Part shown: positions 45,785 to 55,791 of the stretch, in pieces
How positions within the stretch are numbered: the first letter of the stretch is position 1
How the letters are laid out: each line of letters starts with the position of its first letter
Assembly (NCBI GenBank): GCA_050949315.1
Contig: JBMNFL010000001.1
Coordinates: forward strand, 448,001 to 512,000
DNA from: Bacilli bacterium
GTDB taxonomy: Bacteria > Bacillota_I > Bacilli_A > RFN20 > UBA1709
Length of the DNA stretch: 64,000 nt
Direction of reading: 5' to 3'
Notes under the pieces: model-generated
The model's input: only the letters and a program-made list of their open reading frames with translations
Told to the model about the DNA's origin: nothing
Databases searched by the model: none
Program-made: the position numbers and the translations under genes

Positions 45785-46987
45785 CTAGGCTTTCTCCTTT
45801 TCATCGAGAATCTCGGAGATACGAGAAGTTTGTAATTGACTGAACTTAGTGGTGATTTTACCAACCGTGGTCGACACTTCTCCTGATTCTTTGGAAAGTT
45901 TTTCAATGCTATTAGCAAGCTTTTCCCATCTTTGACCAAAGCGCTCAAAGTCTTGGCTGAGTCTGTTTAGTTGTAGACCGATTTCTTTGGCATACTTACT
46001 GCGCTCATAATCAATGCGCACAATGCGATAAGAGGCAATCAAAGGAATAATGGTCGTTGGTGAAACGATGAGTACACCTTTTTTATGTGCATACTCAATC
46101 AAGTCCCCTAAACGAGAGTGCAGCAAGGCTAAAACACCATCACTTGGTAAAAACATAATGGCAAAATCTGATGTTTGACCCGTGACGATATACTTATCTG
46201 CCATATCATCAATATGCTTTTTAACATCAACTTTTAAAGCTTTTATGGTGGCTTCTTCCTCGGCCGCACTCAACTTTTCTTCAAATAATTTACGATAAGC
46301 ACTAAAGGGGAATTTGGAATCAATACAAATATCCCCATTAGGCATAAAGATAACAGAATCAACGCGCACTTTACCCTCACGTTTAGGATTTTTAAATTCA
46401 TACTGCATCGCATAGAGCTTGGAATTTTCACCAAAGGTGGCGTAGAGAATCTGCTCTAATTGATATTCACCAAAGGCCCCACGCTGTTGATTATTGCTTA
46501 AAATATCTTGGAGGGAAATCATCTCATTCGATAGACCTTCAATCTTTTGTTGAGCCTGTTCCATGACCGCCATGCTTTCCTTAATTTTACCAAAGGTTTC
46601 ATTCGTCGCTTCAAAGCCCTTGCTCAAGCGTTCTTCCACCTTCTCATTAATAGCCCCCATCTTCTTATCAACACTCTCAGTAAGGCTAGTAAATTCCTGC
46701 TGTAAATTCTCTGCTAATTTGCCTTTAAACTCAACTAACTCCTTGTTAACAGCCACCCGAAAATCCCCTAGGGTCTGCCCTACTTGATTGGCGTTTTCTA
46801 CTAACTGTTTATTAAGTTTACTTGCTAAATTAAAGACTTCTTCATTTAATTCTTTACTGAGTTGCTTCTTAAAATCATCGAGACTAATCTCTCTTAAATC
46901 CTGTTTCTTTCTTACCAAAAGGAAGATGAGAATGACAATTATTAAAGCCTGTAAAACTAAACTTATTATTACTAGTGTGTCGGTCAT
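45785..46987 (-). CDS. rmuC: DNA recombination protein RmuC
   Basis: N-terminal TM, coiled coil, RGAFGE, IDSKFP, FAIMFLPS, VSPTT. Confidence 0.93.
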   Translation of the reverse strand: MTDTLVIISLVLQALIIVILIFLLVRKKQDLREISLDDFKKQLSKELNEEVFNLASKLNKQLVENANQVGQTLGDFRVAVNKELVEFKGKLAENLQQEFTSLTESVDKKMGAINEKVEERLSKGFEATNETFGKIKESMAVMEQAQQKIEGLSNEMISLQDILSNNQQRGAFGEYQLEQILYATFGENSKLYAMQYEFKNPKREGKVRVDSVIFMPNGDICIDSKFPFSAYRKLFEEKLSAAEEEATIKALKVDVKKHIDDMADKYIVTGQTSDFAIMFLPSDGVLALLHSRLGDLIEYAHKKGVLIVSPTTIIPLIASYRIVRIDYERSKYAKEIGLQLNRLSQDFERFGQRWEKLANSIEKLSKESGEVSTTVGKITTKFSQLQTSRISEILDEKEKA

Positions 46988-46997
46988 ATAATCCTCC

Positions 46998-49900
46998 CTA
47001 ATCTAAGCTTGCGAATTCACCGCCTAAGCCTGTGAAATAACGATTGAGATTGACGTGGCGTAAGCTTGCTGCATCAATATAAGCCATGGTGTAAAGATCA
47101 GTCTCTGCATAGACTCTTTCAAAGACATCGTTGTAACAGGTATCGAAGTCGGTATATTTTAATGCTACAGCTGGATTAACAAACAAGGGTTCCCAATAGG
47201 TTTTGAAGAACTTGGGTAAGCTACCGTTAGTAACGTTGGAATTATTCAAAGCTCTCAGTGAAGTTCTAAGGGTTCGACCTGTATCCGCTTCAGTAGCGCC
47301 TACATTAGCCGTGAAGTTTTCGAACTGATTAATCGCATTTAGAAGATTAACTAACTGGCAATCATAGTAGTCATTTGCCCCATCATTATAGGCATAAGTT
47401 TGAGCGCGACCTGCTTTATCAACCTTATTGTAAGTAGCCAAAACTTCTGTTTCAACATAACTCTTCCATTCACGGTTATTAATATTGTCAATGTTGGCCT
47501 TAATCGTATCGGCACTAAAGTAAGGGTTCGCACCAAAGACCGATTCAACGGCTTTAGTAACTAATTGTTTAACGTTCATGGTCATCAGCACAGACTCACT
47601 AATAGCCGTGGCGACACTTTCACGTTTATCATCCTTATAGATTGCTTTCATCGCTTCATCAGTAACTTTGAATTCATCGCCAGTATCACCCATAATTACT
47701 CTGAATGCACCAATTATCGCTTTTAGTTCCTTGGTTCCAAAGCGGACGATTGGTTCCACCAGATAAGCATCGTAGATGTCACTATCGTAAGCCGATTTTT
47801 CACCATCAAGGAAGTAAACAATTCGATTGGCATAAGTAGGAGCCACAAGTAAAGCAGTCCCATCCTCATTTTTGAAACCCTTGATTTCTTCGGACATCGT
47901 ATGCCAGACAATTCGTGACTTGAGTAGATAATCTATCTTTTTGTTTTCCTCGCCGGTGGCGCCTGGATATTCTTCATCTAAACTATTAAATAGCGTACTC
48001 AAACTCAGTTTAGCCGTCTTGAAATCACTAACACCAAGCAGTTCTAGGGCAACTAAGAATTTCTTCATTTCATCACCCGTAATAACTTTGATATCTATAG
48101 CGGGCCCTGCTAAGACCTTGCCATCGGCATCACACTTGGTTTGCTGCTCATTATCGTAAGCATCTCTTTCCATCTTCAAGGTGTCGGTAAGTTTTGAAGT
48201 AATCGTCGCTGTTAAAATGCGCGAAGCACTGACTTCATCTTTATTATCAAAAGTATTAGCCATTAGATCATTAACATCTCTAACTTTATTATCGTCACCA
48301 ACGGCACCAATGCCATCAGGTCCAAGACCGATAATCAAACTTTTAAGCTCATCTTTTTTAATAATAGGTACATCATTAGTTTCTGAAGTAGCCGCAAAAA
48401 GTTCAACTTCAACACTTGGCGTCACAATTTGCTCTTGCTGAATTATATATTTAGAGAAAGTAGCCTTTAAAACCCAAGAACCAGTGTTGGTTTCATAACC
48501 AGTAATATAATCCACTGGGCGCTTATCAAAGACATAGTCTCTAACATCATAACCCTCATCACCTGGAACTTTATTGGCGGGAATAATACACATCTTATTG
48601 ATTAGACTCACGCCAATATTTTTGCTTAAGCCCTCTTCGGTAACTAAACCCAAAGAGTTAATGGAGGTCACCATATTGACAAACTCCTCTTTTTTAAGCA
48701 GTCTTACCTCGCCATCTTTTTCTAAAACTCTATTATCGTTGACGATTACCAAGGATTTTTCAGCAGCAGTCAGGTTACTCTCATCGATGACAAATTTACT
48801 AATTGTCGCTCGAATGATTTCAGAACCTGTAATACTCTTAGGTACACTACCTACAATGTAATCAATTCGTCTTGGGGCATTAGGAGCAACGGTACCATCT
48901 TCTTGAACCTCAGTCGCATCTAATAAATCGGTGATTAAATTGATGCTGGTATTCACCTTTGATGGTCCCTCTTCTTGTTCTTCAACAACTCCTAAAACCT
49001 TTAAAGCCTTAACTAAAGCTTTTAATTCGCCCTTTTCTAAAGCGTCCAATACATTTAAGGTTTCCCAAGCCGTATAGATAGTACTATCTTTAACACTTGG
49101 TGGTATGGTGATGCTCTTGCCATCTAAATCAATGATGACATCAGATAAAGTGGCATGGAAAATCATAGACTTTAGAGTAACTTCAAGTTTAGTTGAAGTA
49201 TCGGCGGTCTCAGGATAAGCCACATCATTCATACTATTGATTAAACCAATATAATCTAAATCATTTAAGTTTTCAAAATCGATATCGACCACGCCAATCG
49301 CCTCAAAAAGATTGACAAGTTCTAGTTTAAGAATGGCCTTAATATCGCCTTCCATCACACTTGTCTCTTCAGGTAGTAACAGCTTACTGCCTTCTTTTTT
49401 GGCCATATCGCTTAACTTCTTAGAAATAGTACAGTGATAAACAGCCGAATCTAAAACCGTGTCTGATACTTTCTTAGTTGGATCTATGGGATCTTCAGCA
49501 TTCAAAGTAGCAACTAAGGTGGTAAGATTTAAATTCTCTAATTCATCAAAGTCTAAATCAAGACGTTTGGTGGCTACTACTAAAGCTCTTAACTCCACTT
49601 TGGTAATGACATTTTTATCAGCCTCTAAAGCCTTAACGGTATTAGGCACTGTTACAATAGGTTCATCTTTATTTGTAAAGTCTAAGAGATATTTAGAAAG
49701 GGTACAGTGCATAATCTTAGAAGTTAAAATATCATCCACCACTAATTTAGTGGGATCATCCGCACTTGGTTCATTTAATCTATCATTAATCTCCGCAAGT
49801 TTTAAATCCTTAAGATCATCGGATAAATCCAAATCGGCTAAAGCCTTTACTAGGGCTTTTAATTCATCTTTCTCTAAAGTGACTAGAACATTTACCGTGC

Positions 49901-52900
49901 CCCAAGCCTTATAACTGTCATTATCTTTAACACTGGCTGGTACGGTTATACTATCGCCATCTAAGTCAATGATGACATCAGAGAAGGTGGCATGGAAAAT
50001 CGCTGACCTTAAAGTCACTTCAAGTTTAGTTGAAGTATCGGCGCTATCAGGATAGGCCACATCATTCATACTATTGACTAGCTCAACATAATCTAAATCA
50101 TTCAAGTTTTCAAAATCAATATCAACTACCCCAATCGCCTCTAAAAGATTGACAAGTTCGGGCTTTTGAATCGCTTTGATATCGCCTTCCATTACACTTG
50201 TCTCTTCAGGGAGCAACAACTTACTATCTTCTTTAGTTGCCATATCACTTAATTTCTTGGAAATCGTGCAGTGATAAATCTTGGAAGTTAAAACCGTATC
50301 CGATACTTTTTGAGCAGGATTTATGGGATCCGCGCCATTTAAAGTATTAATCAGCGTTGTAAGATTCAGATTTTCTAATTCATTGAAATTCAAGTTGAGG
50401 CGCTTAGTTGCCACCACTAAAGCTCTTAACTCCTCTTTAGTGATGATGTCTTTGTCAGCCTCTAAAGTCTTGACGGTATTAGGTACCGTTACAACGGCAT
50501 CTTCTTTATCTACAAAGTCTAAGAGATATTTAGAAAGGGTGCAGTGGATGATTTTAGAATTCAAAACATCATCAACGACTAACCTAGTCGTATCATCCGC
50601 ACTTGGTTCATTTAATTTATCATTAATATCATCAAGTTTTAAATTTTCAAGATTATCAGTTAAATCTAAATCGTGAATCGCCTTCATCGTATTTTCAATT
50701 TCAAGTTTAGTGATAACCTTAATTGCTGGTCCTGTTTCATCGGCGTTTTCCTTCATATTGATAACCGAATTAGGTATCTGTAAAACCGAATCTTCATCCT
50801 CACCATACTTAACTAACAACTTTGATAAGGAGCAGTAGAAAATTCTAGAATTCAAGGCCCGATCAAGATTGGTTACCAGCGGCTGCCAATTATCTTTTTC
50901 AGCCGCAGCTAAGTCATTAAATTCTTCTACGGTTATATTATGTCCTTCAGTATAGGTTCCATAGGGAACTACACACTCATAGGCATAGGCCTTATAGACC
51001 TCTTTGAAATAAGCTTTGCTTATCTCATCTAAGGCTTCGTAGGCTTCTTTAGTGATAACTGAGCCAATAACCCCACCGGCTGGATTCACACAGCGGTAAG
51101 AGTCCACTGGATAACGGGCTTGCCAGTAGTCTTTATCATCACTAGGTAAGTCATTATAATCATCAACACTTAAAACCTGACCGAGAGTATACTCGCCATA
51201 AGCTTCCTTACAGACATAATCATCAACTAGATAAGGATTTAATAATTCAGCTAAAACATCAAGCCCAACATTACCCATATCGGAAATATCAATATGCGTT
51301 GATAGGACTTGGAAAGAACGAATTATAGCCCGCATCTCATTATGACCATCGTCACATTTTAACATCTTATATTCATCGGCTGTTCCTTTATCAATATAGT
51401 CAACCGCCTCTTTAGGAACGACGATAAAATCCTCATAACCGCTTTCGTTAGAAAGCTTTAATATCTGTTTAGTAATTGAAGCATTGAGAACAGTTGATGA
51501 GGCCAGTGAATCAATGGTGGCATCACTAACCTTACTTAAAAGATTAACATATTCGGCTGGTTTACTTGGGAAGGCTTTATAACTTACGATATCCATCTCC
51601 GTAATCGCCTGTTTCAAACCATCAACGGCTTGATAAAGTTCACCTTGATAGGCTTCTCTTTGCCAATTATCAGCGGTGATTTTACCAGCTGTAACTGCTG
51701 CTTTATAAGCCGCATTGCTGATGATGTCGCCAACTTCACCAGAGCCATAATTATCTTTATAGACTTGATCTTGTTTTTCACAGACATAGCGATAACTGAG
51801 CCAATCTTCGGCATCCTTATTGGCTAAATTCTTAGGAATAACAATTACATCTTCTAAGTGTGATAAAAAGCCTTTACCCGCCTTGGCATTCAGCAGTAAC
51901 TGCACCGTCGCCTTAGCAAGTAAGGTCGAATTTAAAATTGTTTTAGTTCTTAAATTATTTAAAACTTTGAAATTGATTTGGCCATCGGTGGTCATTAGAT
52001 CCATCGGTGACTCACTACCCTCATTTTTCGCTTCACTAATTAAGCGAATCAGGGTATCAAACTCTTTGGACCAGCCACTTTCTCTAACGGCCTCAAAATC
52101 AAAGAGACTGCGTACATCTTCATCCTTAATGGATTTTAAAACCACTTTAGACATTATTTCTGGGAAAAGACGATCGACAAGTTTCACACCAAATAAAGCT
52201 TTAGTAAACTCTCTAAGCCCTGGTAAACTAATCTTATCGAAAATCTCTAAGCCCTTTACTTCATCGAAACTTTTAATACCGACATCTAAGAAAGCATTGA
52301 CAATATTGCCGAGTTGATTGATCTCTTCACTCCAAACTAGATCATCAATCTCCAGTTCAAGCTCACCGATGTTTTCTTTAACCGGTTCTAATTCTAAGGC
52401 AAATTTAACCACCCCATCTAAGGTGTAACTTAAGAAAGTTAATTCACTTAAACCCTTAAAGAAATTGGTTACACCTTCTTTTTGGAAATTTTCAAATTTC
52501 AGACCAGTTATATCCTTCCAGTCAGCGATACTTTCTAAATCCAAGACCGTTTGGGCTAAGGTTTGGAAATCTTTTTTCCATTCAATCTTTTTCAAACCTT
52601 CAAGGTCAAAATCCTCGGGTAAAACTTCTTTTACCTTCTCGTGATTGAAGAAACTATCCGTGAGAACTGGTAAGACCGACATTAGATATTCAGAATTAGA
52701 CAAACCCTCAATCACTTCACTTAAGGAAACGAAGGTTTCATGATCTACTTCGACATTACTACCATCAACCTTACCGAAGAGTTTCATGGCACTGGCTGCA
52801 ACATCGGTCAAGGCGCCAATTTCCTTACGCAAACTGATGGAATACTTACCATAACTACCCTTCCAGATATTATCATTGACCATGGAATTGATAGAAAAAC

Positions 52901-53720
52901 CTTTACTATCGCCCCCGGCCACCACATAAAAGGGACTCTTCTTATAACTACTGACAAAATTCTTTATTTCTGTCCAAGTCTGTCCATCCACATTGATGGG
53001 AATACCCTGTGAGGTCGTGGTAACTAGCTCATCGGCTAGGTTTTCACTCGTGCTAGGCTCCTCATTGGTAAAGAACTCATCAAGATTAGGCACAACCGAA
53101 AGTGGTCCAGTTAAAAGCACGGTTACTAGTAAAAAGTAACAGATTAAACCTTTAGCTGCCCCAACACCCATACCAAGCAAGCGTCTTTTGCCCCTCTTTT
53201 TGATATGGACATCTCCTTTAACTTCCTCTTCACCATCGCCATCAGATACCGTTACAAGATCTTCTTTTTTACGGCGTTTGGGTTTGATAAACAACCAAAT
53301 AATCCAGGTGACGATAAGATAAAACCAACGAACAACGGTCATCATAAAAACAAAATAGATAACCATACACGCCAAGGATACAATCGCTAAGACGGCATCG
53401 CGCAATTCTGTCGTGGCTGCGCTGCCTAGATTACTCTCTAGCAAACTTCCAACGATATCCCTGATGGTTCCACCTGTCGCCCCCTCTGGCAAAGTGATAT
53501 TAAATTGATCGAGATACTGACTGATGTCCGTATTGATGAGCGTGTTGGTGAAAACACCACCAAAGAGCAAGAGCAAGACAATGAAAACCGCAAAGGTAAT
53601 CAAACGATATATCGACTTTCTAAAACCATTGATTAGTCCAAACAGGGCGAAAATGACCATAAAGGCCGCTAAACCCATATATAGATAGGACATAATCTGA
53701 CTACTCATTCCAACTGGCAT
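46998..53720 (-). CDS. Giant 2240-aa acidic membrane-anchored repeat protein
   Basis: Four N-terminal TM helices (CvpA-like), many ~90-aa helical repeats, 279-aa tandem duplication. Confidence 0.85.
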   Translation of the reverse strand: MPVGMSSQIMSYLYMGLAAFMVIFALFGLINGFRKSIYRLITFAVFIVLLLLFGGVFTNTLINTDISQYLDQFNITLPEGATGGTIRDIVGSLLESNLGSAATTELRDAVLAIVSLACMVIYFVFMMTVVRWFYLIVTWIIWLFIKPKRRKKEDLVTVSDGDGEEEVKGDVHIKKRGKRRLLGMGVGAAKGLICYFLLVTVLLTGPLSVVPNLDEFFTNEEPSTSENLADELVTTTSQGIPINVDGQTWTEIKNFVSSYKKSPFYVVAGGDSKGFSINSMVNDNIWKGSYGKYSISLRKEIGALTDVAASAMKLFGKVDGSNVEVDHETFVSLSEVIEGLSNSEYLMSVLPVLTDSFFNHEKVKEVLPEDFDLEGLKKIEWKKDFQTLAQTVLDLESIADWKDITGLKFENFQKEGVTNFFKGLSELTFLSYTLDGVVKFALELEPVKENIGELELEIDDLVWSEEINQLGNIVNAFLDVGIKSFDEVKGLEIFDKISLPGLREFTKALFGVKLVDRLFPEIMSKVVLKSIKDEDVRSLFDFEAVRESGWSKEFDTLIRLISEAKNEGSESPMDLMTTDGQINFKVLNNLRTKTILNSTLLAKATVQLLLNAKAGKGFLSHLEDVIVIPKNLANKDAEDWLSYRYVCEKQDQVYKDNYGSGEVGDIISNAAYKAAVTAGKITADNWQREAYQGELYQAVDGLKQAITEMDIVSYKAFPSKPAEYVNLLSKVSDATIDSLASSTVLNASITKQILKLSNESGYEDFIVVPKEAVDYIDKGTADEYKMLKCDDGHNEMRAIIRSFQVLSTHIDISDMGNVGLDVLAELLNPYLVDDYVCKEAYGEYTLGQVLSVDDYNDLPSDDKDYWQARYPVDSYRCVNPAGGVIGSVITKEAYEALDEISKAYFKEVYKAYAYECVVPYGTYTEGHNITVEEFNDLAAAEKDNWQPLVTNLDRALNSRIFYCSLSKLLVKYGEDEDSVLQIPNSVINMKENADETGPAIKVITKLEIENTMKAIHDLDLTDNLENLKLDDINDKLNEPSADDTTRLVVDDVLNSKIIHCTLSKYLLDFVDKEDAVVTVPNTVKTLEADKDIITKEELRALVVATKRLNLNFNELENLNLTTLINTLNGADPINPAQKVSDTVLTSKIYHCTISKKLSDMATKEDSKLLLPEETSVMEGDIKAIQKPELVNLLEAIGVVDIDFENLNDLDYVELVNSMNDVAYPDSADTSTKLEVTLRSAIFHATFSDVIIDLDGDSITVPASVKDNDSYKAWGTVNVLVTLEKDELKALVKALADLDLSDDLKDLKLAEINDRLNEPSADDPTKLVVDDILTSKIMHCTLSKYLLDFTNKDEPIVTVPNTVKALEADKNVITKVELRALVVATKRLDLDFDELENLNLTTLVATLNAEDPIDPTKKVSDTVLDSAVYHCTISKKLSDMAKKEGSKLLLPEETSVMEGDIKAILKLELVNLFEAIGVVDIDFENLNDLDYIGLINSMNDVAYPETADTSTKLEVTLKSMIFHATLSDVIIDLDGKSITIPPSVKDSTIYTAWETLNVLDALEKGELKALVKALKVLGVVEEQEEGPSKVNTSINLITDLLDATEVQEDGTVAPNAPRRIDYIVGSVPKSITGSEIIRATISKFVIDESNLTAAEKSLVIVNDNRVLEKDGEVRLLKKEEFVNMVTSINSLGLVTEEGLSKNIGVSLINKMCIIPANKVPGDEGYDVRDYVFDKRPVDYITGYETNTGSWVLKATFSKYIIQQEQIVTPSVEVELFAATSETNDVPIIKKDELKSLIIGLGPDGIGAVGDDNKVRDVNDLMANTFDNKDEVSASRILTATITSKLTDTLKMERDAYDNEQQTKCDADGKVLAGPAIDIKVITGDEMKKFLVALELLGVSDFKTAKLSLSTLFNSLDEEYPGATGEENKKIDYLLKSRIVWHTMSEEIKGFKNEDGTALLVAPTYANRIVYFLDGEKSAYDSDIYDAYLVEPIVRFGTKELKAIIGAFRVIMGDTGDEFKVTDEAMKAIYKDDKRESVATAISESVLMTMNVKQLVTKAVESVFGANPYFSADTIKANIDNINNREWKSYVETEVLATYNKVDKAGRAQTYAYNDGANDYYDCQLVNLLNAINQFENFTANVGATEADTGRTLRTSLRALNNSNVTNGSLPKFFKTYWEPLFVNPAVALKYTDFDTCYNDVFERVYAETDLYTMAYIDAASLRHVNLNRYFTGLGGEFASLD
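49010..50683. repeat. 837-bp intragenic tandem duplication
   Basis: TCATCCGCACTTGGTTCATTTAAT at 49756 and 50593; protein blocks NEPSADD...ELKALVKAL repeated; ends approximate. Confidence 0.9.
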
Positions 53721-53721
53721 C

Positions 53722-54858
53722 TCAACTTACCTCCTCGCGAATTTTTCGCTGATAACAACGACGACGACGAACAATTTCATATTCAAAATCATCCCAAAGA
53801 CTCATAACGGGAAGATTATCAACTAATTGGGGTCCCGTTTCCGCCCACTTGATTCCATCGCGAATCATCTTGCTAGCCACTTCTTCTAAAATCAAAGAAG
53901 GAATTCCTAAACCTTGTAATTCTGGCAAGACGGCGATCCAATACATATCTAAACACTCCTTGGGACGTTTAAAAGCCTTGACAATAGAAACCCAACCAAA
54001 GGGAAATAGATGGCCTTTAGCTTTCCTAGCCGCCTCATAAAGTGAACCAGCCAGCAAGGCAAAAGCGACAATACGCTCCTTAGTGTCGCGAACGATAATT
54101 ACATAATCGCGATTAATAAGACCAATATAATCATCAACATACATCTTAATCTGCTCTTTAGTTAAAGGAACAACACCATGTAATTTAGCAAAAGCCGCAT
54201 TGTAAACTTCAAAGGCCTCATAGACCACATTATTAAATTCTTTGTTACTATCAAAACGAACAATGTGATAGCCAAGTTCTCGCATCCGCTTAGCAATTTT
54301 GGCATGCCGCGGGTGAACAGTCGTAGGGGTTTTAACTAAAAACTCCTGCCACTCAACATCGGTCTCAAAGCCTAGTTTCGCCATATGCTCGGGATAGTAA
54401 GAGTAGTTGTAATTGGTAATATACATCCCTGGTTTATCAAAACCTTCAACAAGCATGCCCTGGCGATCAAAATCGGTAAAGCCAATGGGACCATTAAACT
54501 CTTCCATACCTTTGGCAAGACCCCACTCACCAAGTGTTTCTAATAAGGCTTTCGAAACTTCTAGATCATCAATAAAGTCAAAAGTAGTAAAACGCAGCTG
54601 CTTTCTATCAACCTTTTCATTGTAACGATGGTTGAGAATCCCGCCAATACGCCCAACAACTTTTCCATCTTTATAAGCTAAAAAACACACGGAGTCACAG
54701 TAACTATGACTTTTATTTTGTTCTTTATCGTAAAACTTTTTCTCACCGTTATGTAGGGGTGGAACATATTGCCAAGTGTCTTTATACAAAGCATCGTAAA
54801 ATCTAACAAACTGACGCATTTGTTTAGCCGTGTTAACTTGGACGATGTCAATGCTCAT
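53722..54858 (-). CDS. Two-domain GNAT acyltransferase (YghO/bacterial ceramide synthase-like)
   Basis: YVPPL, FLAYKDGKVVGRI, GPIGF, GMLVEGF, YNYSYY, AVLPELQGLG. Confidence 0.75.
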   Translation of the reverse strand: MSIDIVQVNTAKQMRQFVRFYDALYKDTWQYVPPLHNGEKKFYDKEQNKSHSYCDSVCFLAYKDGKVVGRIGGILNHRYNEKVDRKQLRFTTFDFIDDLEVSKALLETLGEWGLAKGMEEFNGPIGFTDFDRQGMLVEGFDKPGMYITNYNYSYYPEHMAKLGFETDVEWQEFLVKTPTTVHPRHAKIAKRMRELGYHIVRFDSNKEFNNVVYEAFEVYNAAFAKLHGVVPLTKEQIKMYVDDYIGLINRDYVIIVRDTKERIVAFALLAGSLYEAARKAKGHLFPFGWVSIVKAFKRPKECLDMYWIAVLPELQGLGIPSLILEEVASKMIRDGIKWAETGPQLVDNLPVMSLWDDFEYEIVRRRRCYQRKIREEVS

Positions 54859-55027
54859 GTTTACCACCTAACTTTTTTTTGATTATACCATGTAATTCTC
54901 GCAAAATATACTACTTTGTAATTTTTTTATCGTTCGATAAAAAATCTTACAAAAGGCAAAAAAACGAAAAAGGTAGCAAAAGCAAGGCCTTTACCCTTAT
55001 AATACTAGTAAGAAAGGTGGGATTAAT

Positions 55028-55759
55028 TTGTCAGAAGTTGCTAAGTTAAAAGATGTGATCAAAACAGCTAAAAAAATTGTTTTCTTTGGTGGTGCGGGAG
55101 TTTCAACCTCTTCAGGCATCCCCGATTTTCGTGGCGAAAAAGGACTCTATGCTATAAGATCCGAATATGGTGTTAGCTATGAGACCATGCTTTCTCATAG
55201 TTATTATGTTGACTATCCTGAGACGTTCTTTGATTTTTATAAGAAGAAAATGCTCTTCCCCAATGCCTTGCCAAATAAAGCCCACACTTGCTTAGTTAAG
55301 TTAGAAGAAATGGGCAAAGATGTCAGTGTTGTCACCCAAAATATTGATGGACTTCATCAACTAGCTGGTAGTAAAAAAGTCATTGAACTCCATGGCTCAG
55401 TTTTACGAAATTATTGTGAAAAGTGCCATACATTTTTCGATTTAGACCATATTATAAATTCTAAGGCTGTCCCCCTTTGCAGTAAATGCGGGGGCCGGGT
55501 TAAACCCGATGTGGTTCTTTATGAAGAACCCTTAGATTCTCAGAGTATTCAAGAGGCTGTTGAAGCCATCGCTAAAGCTGATTTAATCATCGTAGGTGGG
55601 ACCTCTTTAAATGTTTACCCAGCGGCCGGTCTTATTCGCTACCGTAAACAAGGCTCCTGTCTTACCATCATCAATTATGAAAGAACCAATTACGATAGTT
55701 ATGCTGATATTGTCATTCACGACGATATAGGTAAAACCTTAGAAGCGGCTATTGAATAA
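55028..55759 (+). CDS. cobB: NAD-dependent protein deacylase (sirtuin)
   Basis: GAGVSTSSGIPDFRG, TQNIDGLH, HGS, two CxxC, KPDVVLY, GTSL. Confidence 0.93.
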   Translation: MSEVAKLKDVIKTAKKIVFFGGAGVSTSSGIPDFRGEKGLYAIRSEYGVSYETMLSHSYYVDYPETFFDFYKKKMLFPNALPNKAHTCLVKLEEMGKDVSVVTQNIDGLHQLAGSKKVIELHGSVLRNYCEKCHTFFDLDHIINSKAVPLCSKCGGRVKPDVVLYEEPLDSQSIQEAVEAIAKADLIIVGGTSLNVYPAAGLIRYRKQGSCLTIINYERTNYDSYADIVIHDDIGKTLEAAIE

Positions 55760-55788
55760 AAACACAGGTAAGAACCCTGTGTTTTTTT
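55758..55788. terminator. Bidirectional terminator
   Basis: AAAAACACAGG...CCTGTGTTTTTTT. Confidence 0.85.
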
Positions 55789-55791
55789 ATC

